Under the pieces are notes generated by a model, which made no database searches, was not told where the DNA came from, and was given only the letters and a program-made list of their open reading frames with translations. Below are positions 1 through 9,900 of a stretch of 21,388 nucleotides of DNA, piece by piece. The first letter of the stretch is position 1, and each line of letters opens with the position of its first letter. Origin of the DNA: Gemmatimonadota bacterium (lineage in GTDB: Bacteria > Gemmatimonadota > Gemmatimonadetes > Gemmatimonadales > GWC2-71-9); assembly GCA_039588295.1 (NCBI GenBank), contig JBDHAB010000045.1, forward strand, positions 1-21,388. The letters are read 5' to 3'. A program made the position numbers and the translations under genes.

Positions 1-1149
1 AGCGTGTCCTGGAGCGGAAATTCCCGGACCATTCTGACGGGCGAGGATGACTTCGGTCAGCCTGTGCGACTCGACGACCCACTCACCTTCCGAAGCAGCT
101 CGGCGTCGCAGGGGGTCTCGAGCTCGGTCACGCTGTTCGACGGACTCTGGAATCTCAACACCTATCGCGCGGCGCGGGCGTCGGCTCGCGTCTCGGAGGC
201 GGCGGTGGAGTCTCAGCTGACCTCGGTGGAGGCCGAGGTCACCCGCCGGTTCTACAATGCGGTGAACGCGCGGCGGTTGACGGCGGTGGAAGAACAACTC
301 CTCGAGGTGTCACGCCGGCAACTCGACGCGACGGAGCGCCTGTTTCGTGTTGCTGCACGGACCGAGGTCGACGTACTCGGTGCCCGGGTCCAGGTGGCAC
401 AGCACGAGCAGGCGCTGGAACGCGCGCGCGGCGATGCGGAAAAGGCGCTCCTGCGACTCGCCGAGCAGATCGGACTGGAGGAAGACATTGCGTTCGACGT
501 GTCCGGCGCGCTGCCCGCACCGTTCGACCCCGGCATACTCGATGACGACATGCTGGTCGCTCGGGCGATGACGCAGAGTCCCGCTGTCGCGCAGGCCGAG
601 GCCGACGCGGCCCGTGCGGGTTTCCAGGCGAGCGCCGCCCGCGGACGCCGCTGGCCGACGGTCAGCGCCCGTGCCAGCTTCGGGCGCACCGTGAGTCTGT
701 CGAGCTACGACGCCCTGTTCGAGTTCGATCCGCAGGATCGAAGCTTCGCGTTCGGCGTCGACGTCCAGATTCCGCTGTTCACCGGATTTCAGACCTCGCA
801 GGCGGTTGCACAAGCGACTGCGAGCGAACGGGCAGCGGAGGAGACGCTGCGCGAGACCCGTCTGCAACTGGAGCGCGACGTACGAAGTGGGCACATCGAT
901 CTCGTAACCGCACACCGACGCCTCGAGCTGGCACAGCGGTCGGTCGAGTTCAGCCGTCGTCGCCTCACCATGGCCCAGGAGCAATATCAGCTCGGGACGA
1001 TCGGGTTCACCGATTTCCAGCAAATCGTGACGCAGGCCTCACAGGACGCCCGCAACCTGCTTTCGGCGGAGGCGGAGTTCGCAACGGCTACCGTGACGTT
1101 GGAGGAGCTGATGGGAGAGCGTGTTCGTCCGGTACCGGACGACAGGTAG
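1..1149 (+). CDS. TolC-family outer membrane efflux protein (5'-truncated)
   Basis: Frame +1 is open from base 1. It has two OEP-like halves with alpha-helical heptads and beta-strand segments (SSSVTLFDG, RRWPTVSARASFG, GVDVQIPLFTG, QEQYQLGTIGFTD), and lies directly upstream of an RND permease. Confidence 0.9.
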   Translation, partial: SVSWSGNSRTILTGEDDFGQPVRLDDPLTFRSSSASQGVSSSVTLFDGLWNLNTYRAARASARVSEAAVESQLTSVEAEVTRRFYNAVNARRLTAVEEQLLEVSRRQLDATERLFRVAARTEVDVLGARVQVAQHEQALERARGDAEKALLRLAEQIGLEEDIAFDVSGALPAPFDPGILDDDMLVARAMTQSPAVAQAEADAARAGFQASAARGRRWPTVSARASFGRTVSLSSYDALFEFDPQDRSFAFGVDVQIPLFTGFQTSQAVAQATASERAAEETLRETRLQLERDVRSGHIDLVTAHRRLELAQRSVEFSRRRLTMAQEQYQLGTIGFTDFQQIVTQASQDARNLLSAEAEFATATVTLEELMGERVRPVPDDR

Positions 1150-1183
1150 TCGCGCGACAAGTGTCGGGCGGTGAGTAACCTCC

Positions 1184-4100
1184 ATGTCTCTCTCTAGTCG
1201 GTCCGTCCGTCGTCCGGTGGCGGTCGCGATGCTGTTTCTCGCGATCGTCTTCCTCGGCGGGATCTCGTTCCTCCGCATTCCGATCGACCTGCTGCCCGAC
1301 GTCGCGTACCCGCGGCTCGTCGTGTACACCCAGTACTCCGACGTCGGCCCCGCCGAGGTGGAACGGTTTGTCACGGAGCCGATCGAACGCGGTGTGAGTC
1401 GCGTTTCCGGGGTCGAGCGGGTGGAGAGTGTCTCCAGGGAAGGTGTGTCGCTGGTCACCCTCCGGTTCTCCTGGGGCACCGACATGGATTTCGCGGCGCT
1501 CAATGTGCGGGAGCAACTCGACAACCTCCGTGAGCAGCTCCCCGAGTTGGCCGCCCGGCCCATCGTGCTGCGGACCGATCCCAACTCCGAGCCGATCCTG
1601 GCTATCTCGGTCGCCGGCGCGACTGACCTTGGCTCGCTCAAGGATCTGGCGGAATTCGTGTTCAAGCGGCGCCTGGAACAGGTGGATGGAGTAGCTGAAG
1701 CCGCCCTCGCCGGGGGACTGGAACGCGAGATTCACGTCGAAGTCGACCCCCGGCTGCTGGAGAGCTACGGGTTAACGGTGCAGAACCTCCTCGACGCACT
1801 GGATGCGGCGAACCAGAGTGCCCCGGGCGGCACCATCCTGCGCGGTCGCTACCGCTACGCCCTCCGCACACTCGGCGAGTTTCAGACGGTCGAGGAGATC
1901 AAGCGAGTGCCGCTCGGGCAACAAGGTGGAGCCGCCGGGGCTGCAGACTCGCTCGGGGCGGGCCTCGTGAGCATCGGCGACGTGGCACTGGTCGAGGATG
2001 GGTTCAAAGACCGGGAGTCCATGGCGCGATACAGCGGCGAGGAGTCGGTGGGGTTGCTCCTGTTCAAGGAGTCAGGTGCGAACACCGTCCGTGTCGCCGA
2101 CCGGGTCGACGTAATTCTGGATCAGCTGCGCGCGCAGTATCCGGATGTGCGGATCGACGTTGCGATGAGTCAAGCGGGCTTCATCACCGAGGCAATCTCG
2201 AACGTCGTCCAGGCGCTCGTGTTTGGCGGGATCCTGGCGTTTCTCGTTCTGTTTCTGTTTCTGCGGGATGCGCGCTACCCAGTCGCCATCGCGCTCGCCA
2301 TCCCGATCTCCGTCGTGGCGACCTTCGCGCTGCTTGACCTGGCCGGGGTTTCACTGAACATCATGAGCCTGGGCGGGCTTGCCCTGGGCGTCGGCATGCT
2401 GGTCGACAACTCCATTGTCGTGTTGGAGAACATCTTCCGGCATCGTGAGCAAGGAGCGAGCGCCGACCGGGCAGCCGTCTTGGGCGCCCAGGAAGTGCAG
2501 GGGGCCATCACCGCCTCCACGCTTACCACCATCAGCGTGTTCGGTCCCATCATCTACGTCGAAGGCGTCGCGGGCGAGTTATTCGGCGACTTGTCGTTTG
2601 CCGTGGCGTTCGCGCTGCTTGCCAGCTTGCTGGTGGCACTCACCCTGCTGCCCACGATGGCAGCGAAATGGGTCGCGACCTCCAACGTGCGCTCCGGAAC
2701 CGTTCTGCGCCGGGCCGTCGTAGCGGCTGGTGGGGCTATGGCGGCTCCGATTGCTCGGGTCTTTCGGCCGTTGCTCGATTGGTTCGACGCGCGGTTCGCG
2801 ACGTTTGCGACGTGGTACCATGGGATGCTCGAGCGATCACTCGAGCACCGTGGGCGCGTCGTGGGGTTCGCAGTCGCCACGCTCGCCGTTGGCCTCGCGA
2901 TCGGGTGGGCGCTGCAGCGTGACGTGCTCCCGGATGTCGATCAGGGGGCGTTTACCGTGCGGGTGGAGCTTCCACGGGGCACGCCGATCGAAGAGACCGA
3001 ACGGGCGGCGGCACGGCTCGAGTCGGCGTTCCTGGGCGATGAGGATGTGGCCGCCGTGTTCACACGCGTCGGACGGCAGGAGGCGGTTTCGGGCGTGGAG
3101 GACGAGGAGAGTGGGCTCAATACGGCGGTGCTCGAGGTACGTCTGACCGAGGAGGCACACACCCACGAGGTGCTCGCACGGACCCGGCCCATGCTGACCG
3201 GTCTTCCGACCGGGGCGATGACGATCGAGACCGGGACCGCCACCGCGTTGGGGAAGCTCCTCGGCGGGAGCGATGCGGACCTGGCGATTCGCGTCCGCGG
3301 GGAGGACATCGACGCCGCCTATCAGCACGCAAAAGCCATTGCAGGCCGACTGCGGTCCGTCGGTACCATTGCGAACGTGCGACTCGGCTCTGAGGAAGGC
3401 CAGCCGGAAATCCGAGTCGAGATCGATCGCGAACGGGCTGCTGCATATGGGGTGGAACCCCGGCTGATTGCGATGACCGTCGAGCAGTACATGCGCGGTG
3501 AGGTCGCTACGGACTTCGTGGATTTCGACGAGAAGGTGCCCGTGCTGGTGCGCCTCCCGGAACGAGAACGACGCTCCCTCGAAACGCTGGAGCTCCTTCG
3601 AGTCGACGGAATCCCCCTGAGAGAACTGGTCAACACGCATGAGGAGACCGGACCGGCCGAGATCAGGCGGCTCGAGCAAGCGCGGACGGTCACGGTGTTT
3701 GCCGACGTGGCGCAGGGTGGCTTGGATGGCGCGGTGCGGGAGGTTCAGGGGGCGCTCGCCGATGTACCGGCTCCCCGTGGCCATCGCGTCGAGATTGGTG
3801 GGGCCAACGAAGAGCGCGATCGGAGCTTCCGCGATCTGGCGTTCGCGTTCGGTCTGGCGTTGCTGCTCGTCTACATGATCCTCGCCGCACAATTCGAGTC
3901 GTTTGTGCACCCGTTCACGATCCTCCTCAGTGTCCCCTTGGCGACCGTCGGGGCGGCGGTGCTCCTCTTCGTAACCGGAGAGGGCCTCAACACGATGAGC
4001 TTGATCGGCCTCGTGATCTTGGTGGGGATCGTGGTGAACGACGCGATCGTGAAGGTGGATTTCATCAATCAGATGCGTGCACAGGGCATGGTCCTCCGGC

Positions 4101-4375
4101 GGGCGATCCTCGAGGCTGGTCGAGTGCGCCTACGACCGATTGTGATGACGACGGTGACGACCGTGCTCGGTTTGACGCCAATGGCACTGGGTATTGGGCG
4201 GGGCGCCGACCTTCGGGCACCACTCGCGATCGCGGTCATCGGCGGGCTGTTGAGCGCCACGGCCCTCACGCTCATCGTGGTTCCCGTGGCATACGATCTG
4301 TTCGAGGAGCTACGTGGGAAGCTGCGCGCCCTGGTCGGTTTCGCGGCGATCGAGGCGGCGGAGGGAGCGGAATAG
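1184..4375 (+). CDS. RND efflux permease subunit 1 (AcrB/AcrD/AcrF family)
   Basis: 1063 aa with RND hallmarks: N-terminal RRPV, IPIDLLPD, TM4 GMLVDNSIVVLENI, YMILAAQFES, TM10 GIVVNDAIVKVD, RLRPIVMT and PLAIAVIGGL. Confidence 0.96.
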   Translation: MSLSSRSVRRPVAVAMLFLAIVFLGGISFLRIPIDLLPDVAYPRLVVYTQYSDVGPAEVERFVTEPIERGVSRVSGVERVESVSREGVSLVTLRFSWGTDMDFAALNVREQLDNLREQLPELAARPIVLRTDPNSEPILAISVAGATDLGSLKDLAEFVFKRRLEQVDGVAEAALAGGLEREIHVEVDPRLLESYGLTVQNLLDALDAANQSAPGGTILRGRYRYALRTLGEFQTVEEIKRVPLGQQGGAAGAADSLGAGLVSIGDVALVEDGFKDRESMARYSGEESVGLLLFKESGANTVRVADRVDVILDQLRAQYPDVRIDVAMSQAGFITEAISNVVQALVFGGILAFLVLFLFLRDARYPVAIALAIPISVVATFALLDLAGVSLNIMSLGGLALGVGMLVDNSIVVLENIFRHREQGASADRAAVLGAQEVQGAITASTLTTISVFGPIIYVEGVAGELFGDLSFAVAFALLASLLVALTLLPTMAAKWVATSNVRSGTVLRRAVVAAGGAMAAPIARVFRPLLDWFDARFATFATWYHGMLERSLEHRGRVVGFAVATLAVGLAIGWALQRDVLPDVDQGAFTVRVELPRGTPIEETERAAARLESAFLGDEDVAAVFTRVGRQEAVSGVEDEESGLNTAVLEVRLTEEAHTHEVLARTRPMLTGLPTGAMTIETGTATALGKLLGGSDADLAIRVRGEDIDAAYQHAKAIAGRLRSVGTIANVRLGSEEGQPEIRVEIDRERAAAYGVEPRLIAMTVEQYMRGEVATDFVDFDEKVPVLVRLPERERRSLETLELLRVDGIPLRELVNTHEETGPAEIRRLEQARTVTVFADVAQGGLDGAVREVQGALADVPAPRGHRVEIGGANEERDRSFRDLAFAFGLALLLVYMILAAQFESFVHPFTILLSVPLATVGAAVLLFVTGEGLNTMSLIGLVILVGIVVNDAIVKVDFINQMRAQGMVLRRAILEAGRVRLRPIVMTTVTTVLGLTPMALGIGRGADLRAPLAIAVIGGLLSATALTLIVVPVAYDLFEELRGKLRALVGFAAIEAAEGAE

Positions 4376-4410
4376 GGATGAACGACCGGAACCGCGAGAC
4401 GAGAGGGGGA

Positions 4411-5613
4411 ATGCGAGCACGAGCAAGAGTCCTCGGAGCGGCAGTCGCGGTCCTGACTGCGTGCACCGGTGACGGAGGCGGCCCCCTCGAGCACGTCGTG
4501 CGTGACAGCGTGGGCGTACGGATCGTGGAGAACGAGGGGCCGAATGATGTTGCAGCGTCCTGGGAGATTGCGGAGGCGGCGGCGCTGGATATCGGCGTGC
4601 TCGACGGCGATGAGGCATATCAGCTCTTTCAGGTGAGCGGTGTCGCCCGATTCGGAGGAGGCGAGATCGTTGTCGGCAACGGTGGCACCCGTGAGCTGAG
4701 GTTCTACGACAGCAACGGGCGCTTCCTCCGCGCGGTGGGAGGAAAGGGTGGAGGCCCCGGAGAGTTCGAGGGCCTGGGACAAGTGGCGGCCGTTGGCGAT
4801 TCGATTCTGGTATGGGATTGGAACCTCAGCCGCATATCGGTCTTCGACCGCGAGGGCACGTTCGTCCGCTCGTATCTGGTGTCGTTTCCGGGCGGCGGAT
4901 CGCCCTCCGCATTGGGGGCGTTCGAGGACCGAAACTGGTTATTCACGACGTCGTTCACGTTTGCGCCGAGCAAGGTGTCAACCGTCGTACGCGACACGAA
5001 CCTCTATGTCCGGCTCGGTCCCCAAGGGGAGTACGTCGATTCCATTGGGCGGTTTCCCGCTGTCGAGTTCTTCGTGGTTGGTGACGAGCGCCGGGCGAGC
5101 GCGTCCAGTCTCGCGTTCGGTCGTCGAACCGTGCACGCGATTGCAGGACGCAATGTGTACCTGGGCTCGACCGATCGCCACGAAATCCGTCGCTTCACCG
5201 AAGAGGGTGAGCTCGATCTGATCGTGCGGAAGACCCACGAGCACCTCTCCGTGACGGGGACGGACCTCGATCGGTACAAGGAGCAGCGTCTGGAGGACGC
5301 GCCGGACGACAACTGGCGGCGGCAGCTCGAACGGTTGCTGCAGGATATGCCCATCCCGTCAACGATGCCCGCGTTCGACGGAATGCTGGCCGACAAAGTT
5401 GGGAACCTCTGGGTGTCGGAGTATCTACGTCCAGGTGAGGCGCCGCCCCGCTGGAGCGTGTTCGACTCCACGGGAGTCCTGCTCGGCACCGTTCAGACCC
5501 CGACGGACCTCGACATCCATGAGATCGGCAGCAGCTACATCCTCGGCACGTGGAAAGACGATCTCGGCGTCGAGCACGTGCACATGTGTTCCTTGAGCAA
5601 GGGAGAGGAGTGA
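4411..5613 (+). CDS. Predicted lipoprotein, 6-bladed beta-propeller (NHL/TolB-like) family
   Basis: ATG 4411 follows the purine-rich RBS gagaggggga (alternative start 4378). Signal peptide MRARARVLGAAVAVLTA-C has a lipobox. Propeller motifs include LRFYDSNGRFLRAVGGKGGGPGEF, ADKVGNLWV, WSVFDSTGVLLG and DDLGVEHV. Confidence 0.82.
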   Translation: MRARARVLGAAVAVLTACTGDGGGPLEHVVRDSVGVRIVENEGPNDVAASWEIAEAAALDIGVLDGDEAYQLFQVSGVARFGGGEIVVGNGGTRELRFYDSNGRFLRAVGGKGGGPGEFEGLGQVAAVGDSILVWDWNLSRISVFDREGTFVRSYLVSFPGGGSPSALGAFEDRNWLFTTSFTFAPSKVSTVVRDTNLYVRLGPQGEYVDSIGRFPAVEFFVVGDERRASASSLAFGRRTVHAIAGRNVYLGSTDRHEIRRFTEEGELDLIVRKTHEHLSVTGTDLDRYKEQRLEDAPDDNWRRQLERLLQDMPIPSTMPAFDGMLADKVGNLWVSEYLRPGEAPPRWSVFDSTGVLLGTVQTPTDLDIHEIGSSYILGTWKDDLGVEHVHMCSLSKGEE

Positions 5614-5616
5614 GGC

Positions 5617-6879
5617 GTGAGATCGGTAGGCCAGTGTATCGCTGAGGTTCGCGTCCGAGTCATCCTGATTGGCATCGCTGGTGCAGCCGCAGCAGGATGC
5701 GCGGGTGACGACGGTGCCGCAACGGGCTACACGGTGCGCGACAGCGCCGGGATCGAGATCGTCGAGAACACGAGCGGCATGTGGTCGGACGGTGACCACT
5801 GGATCGTGTCAACTGAGCCGACCGTTGACATTGGAGTACTGGACGGAGCGCCCGAGTACCAGCTCTTTCGGGTGAGGGGGGCGTTGCGACTTGCCGACGG
5901 TCGCATCGTTGTCTCCAACACCGGCACCAGTGAGCTGCGATTCTACGGGTCCGACGGACGGTACCTACGCTCGACCGGTCGCGCGGGTTCGGGTCCGGGG
6001 GAGTTCCAGAGGCTGGGGTGGATTCGCCCGTTTGCCGGCGATTCGATTCTCGCGTATGACTTCAGCCTCACCAGAGCATCGGTGTTCGATGCGGCCGGCG
6101 CGTTCGGCCGCAGCTTTCGGCTTGCTCCTCCCGGTGAGACGGGCTTCGTCATCGGGATGGATGTGCTGTCGCCCGACGCGGTGCTCGGGAAGATGCCCCT
6201 TGCCCTCTCTGGTGGATTGTCGTTCGAGGAGGGCGCCCAGCGTCGCGATGAGATCTACTGGAGGTTCTCCGCGGAAGGCACACCGGTGGACAGCCTGGGG
6301 CAGTTCGCTGGGCCCGAGCAGTGGATCGAGACCGCCCGCAGCGGCGACCAGTTCAGCGTCTTCCTGACATCGCCTCCGTTCGGAAGATCTCCTGTCCTTG
6401 CAGCGAGGGGCGAGCAGTTCTGCTTTGGGTCCGGTGACACCTACGAACTCGGCTGTTACGCCACCGACGGGACGCTCCTGCGGTTGATTCGTCGGAACCA
6501 CGCGAACCTACCCGTTACCGATGCGGACGTTGAGCGGCTGCTGCAGCGAGAGCTTGCGGACGCGGACGCTGAGGACCGTCCCCGCATAGAACGGCGGTAT
6601 GAGGAAGTACCGGTCCCGGAGACGATGCCGGCGTACAGCGATCTCCGGGTGGATCCAGATGGGAATCTCTGGGTGCTGGAGTACAATCCCGATTCCGAGG
6701 CCGACCTACGGTGGACCGTGTTCGACTCATCCGGACGCATGCTCGGGTTGGTGATGACTCCGGCGGGCCTCGGTGTGACGGAGTTCGGTCGAGACTACGT
6801 GCTCGGTGTGTGGCGCGACGATCTCGATGTCGAACACGTGCAGATGTACACCCTGCGGAAGGGAAGAGAGGAAGCGTGA
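5617..6879 (+). CDS. Predicted lipoprotein, 6-bladed beta-propeller family (paralog of 4411-5613)
   Basis: GTG start after RBS ggagaggag, lipobox ...AAAAG-C. Colinear with the upstream paralog: VRDSAGIEIVEN, DIGVLDG..EYQLF, GRAGSGPGEF, VDPDGNLWV, WTVFDSSGRMLG, WRDDLDVEHV. Confidence 0.85.
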   Translation: MRSVGQCIAEVRVRVILIGIAGAAAAGCAGDDGAATGYTVRDSAGIEIVENTSGMWSDGDHWIVSTEPTVDIGVLDGAPEYQLFRVRGALRLADGRIVVSNTGTSELRFYGSDGRYLRSTGRAGSGPGEFQRLGWIRPFAGDSILAYDFSLTRASVFDAAGAFGRSFRLAPPGETGFVIGMDVLSPDAVLGKMPLALSGGLSFEEGAQRRDEIYWRFSAEGTPVDSLGQFAGPEQWIETARSGDQFSVFLTSPPFGRSPVLAARGEQFCFGSGDTYELGCYATDGTLLRLIRRNHANLPVTDADVERLLQRELADADAEDRPRIERRYEEVPVPETMPAYSDLRVDPDGNLWVLEYNPDSEADLRWTVFDSSGRMLGLVMTPAGLGVTEFGRDYVLGVWRDDLDVEHVQMYTLRKGREEA

Positions 6880-6958
6880 GTGGGTACAGGGGCCCGTGAC
6901 GTGTCTCCGTGCTTCGGTGGTCGACCTCAGGGAGGTGTGGGTCGAATAGGATGACTGC

Positions 6959-9900
6959 ATGATCCGCCTCTCCATCCGTCGACCCGTCGCCGTCTCGATG
7001 GCGTACCTGGCGGTGGCCCTGCTGGGGATCGCCGCGTGGCGCAACATTCCCATTGAGCTCTTGCCGGATACGCAGCTCCCCCAGCTCCATGTGACGGCGC
7101 AGTGGCGCGGTGCGTCGCCCGAGGCGATGGAAGGCTTCGTTACGGCGCCGCTCGAGGCCGCCGTCCAGCAAGTTCGGGGTGTCGAGAAGGTGACGTCGGT
7201 CTCGAGCGAACGGTACGGCCAGGCGCAGGCAGACATCACGGTCGAGTTTGCGCGCGGGACCGACATGGACTTCGCCAGGCTCGATCTGTCGGAACGTCTC
7301 GCGGCACTCGACGAGGAACTTCCGGCCGAGGTGCCTGCACCTCGTATCGAGCCGTACGTCCCCGACGAATTCCGCCGGCAGCAGCGGGCGTTTCTACGGT
7401 ATACGCTCACGGGTCCCTACACGCTCGAAGCGCTGCGAGCCCACGTCGACGACGAGATCGTTCCGGAATTGCTGCTCGTGGATGGAGTAGCGGCGGTAGA
7501 GGTCAGCGGCGGCCGGGATCGCCTCATCGAGATCTCACTGGATGAGCACAAGACCAATGCGCTTGGCCTCGATCCGGGATGGGTGTGGCAGCGAATCACC
7601 GAGCTGGAGTACGTGAGCGAGGCCGGGATCGTCGAACAGGAGGGGCTCCTCAGGACGCTGGCGATCCGACACCGGACCGCGTCGTCGGGCGAGATCCGAC
7701 GAACCGCGCTGCTCACGGACCGGGGCCGCATCGTGCGCGTGAGCGACGTGGCCACGGTCCACGATACGTATGAGGAGCCAACCAGCTACTATCGCATCGA
7801 CGGGCAACCGGCGGTTTCCTTCGAGGTTCACAAAGAAGTGGGAGTGAATACCGTTGACGTCGCCGAGCGCGCCATGGCGCGGCTCGCGGTGCTTGAGGCC
7901 GTCCATCCGACCGGTGTTCGGGTCATTCTCGACGAGGACGAGAGCGAGACCATCAAGCAGCAGCTCACCGATCTTCGGTACCGAGCGCTCATTGCCGCCG
8001 GTGTGATCTTTCTCGTGCTGCTCGGGTTCCTCCGATCCTTCCGGTCCGCCGGCATTGTATTCGCCACGATCGCGTTCTCGGTTCTGATCGCGCTCAATCT
8101 CATCTACTTCGGTGGGTTCACGCTGAACGTGCTCACGCTGATGGGACTGGCGATGGGATTCGGTCTCATCGTGGACAACGCGATCGTTGTGCTCGAGAAC
8201 ATTTATCGGAAGGTGCAGCACGGGATTGAAGGTGGAGGGGAACGGGCGAAGGGAGAGGCCGAGCGTGCGGCGGAGCTTGGGGCGCGGCAGGTCATGCTGC
8301 CGATCCTCGCGGCGACACTGACGACGGTCATTGTGTTCATCCCGTTCGTGTATCTCCAGGGGGAGCTCCGGGTCTATTACGTGCCGCTGGCCATTGTCGT
8401 GGGGATGAGCTTGGTCGCGAGCCTGTTTGTCGCGTTCACGTTCATCCCGGCGCTGGCGGCGAAGACGCTGGGCGGTAGGAGCAGGGAGGTGCGAGGTGGG
8501 AGCCCAGGCATCGCCGCCCAACCTGCCGAACGGTCCGCCCCGATTTACGTCCGCTTCTACGCCGGTCTCCTCCGATTCACCTTGCGCTTCCCCATTGTCA
8601 CGGTCGTCATCGCCGTCGCCGCGCTCGCCGGCTCCTGGCGTCTGTTTGACAAGTACGTGACCCGGGGCGTGTTGTGGCGCTCGTGGTGGGGAGAGCAGAC
8701 CTACATCGAGGTCATCATCCGACTTCCGCGTGGGTCCGAGCTGGAGCGCACCGACGAGTTGGCGCAGTTCTTCGAAGCCAAGTTGGACCGGACTCCCGAA
8801 GTCGAGCAGTACGTGACGCGAGCCATGCCGCAGTTTGCGCGGATTACGGTGACCTTTCCAGATTCGCTCGAGACCTCGTGGATTCCGGTGGCGATCAAAG
8901 AACAGATGGTCGCCTATTCGAATCTGTTTGGCGGTGCGGAGGTCCGGGTGTACGGCTATGGGCCCTCGTTCTATGGCGGGGGCGGCGGTGCCCCGAACTA
9001 CTCCGTCAAGATCCTCGGCTTCAACTACGAGACGGTGCGTCAGATCGCCGAGGATCTCGGTCGGCGCCTCACCCGGTTCTCGCGGATCCGGGACGTCGAT
9101 GTGAACTCGGCAGGCGGGTGGTACACACGGGATAAGGCCAGCGAATTCGTGCTGCAACTGGATCGGCAGCGGCTTGGGTTGCACGATCTCACCGCGCGCG
9201 ACGTCGTGTATCAGGTCGCGGCATCTGTCTGGGGACAGGTGCGTCAGGGCAACATCCGCGTGGCGGGCGAAGAAGTCCGGTTCGACGTCAAGGTTGCGGG
9301 AAACGAAGATGTCGACGTGTTGGCGTTGTCGAACCTGCTGTTGCAGACTCCGTCGGGCCAGGCTGTGCGATTGGCGGACGTCGCGACCCTCGACGAACGC
9401 GACGTGCTGACGCGAATCGTGCGGGAGGATCAGCAGTACCAGCGCTACGTGAGTTACGAGTTCCGTGGTCCGACAAAACTGGGGGACCGAACTCGCGACG
9501 CCGTACTCGACGCCACTCGGCTCCCTGAAGGGTACGAGATCGAGCGAGAGGAGCAGGGGTTCTGGTCCGAAGAGGAAGAGCGGCAGGTCTACGCGGTGCT
9601 CGCGATCTCACTTCTGTTGATCTTCATGGTAACCGCGGCGCTGTTCGAATCGCTGCGTCAACCGCTCTGCGTTCTTCTCGCCGTCCCGATGGCGTTGGTC
9701 GGTGTGTTTCTCATGTTCTTCTACTCAGAGGCGAGCTTCACCCGCGAGGCTTACATCGGGGTCATCATGATGGGTGGCATTGTGGTGAACAACGCGATTC
9801 TCCTGGTGGACCATATCAATCACCTGCGCCGCGTCGATCGCGTGCCGTTCAGGGATGCCATCGTCCAGGGGACGCTCGAACGCGTGCGCCCGATCCTGAT

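Noticed and set aside
7535..9184. Long antisense ORFs inside the RND genes (7535-9184, 549 aa; also 2837-3910, 357 aa)
   Set aside because: They are shadow frames of GC-rich coding DNA, lie opposite well-supported RND genes and show no recognisable motifs.
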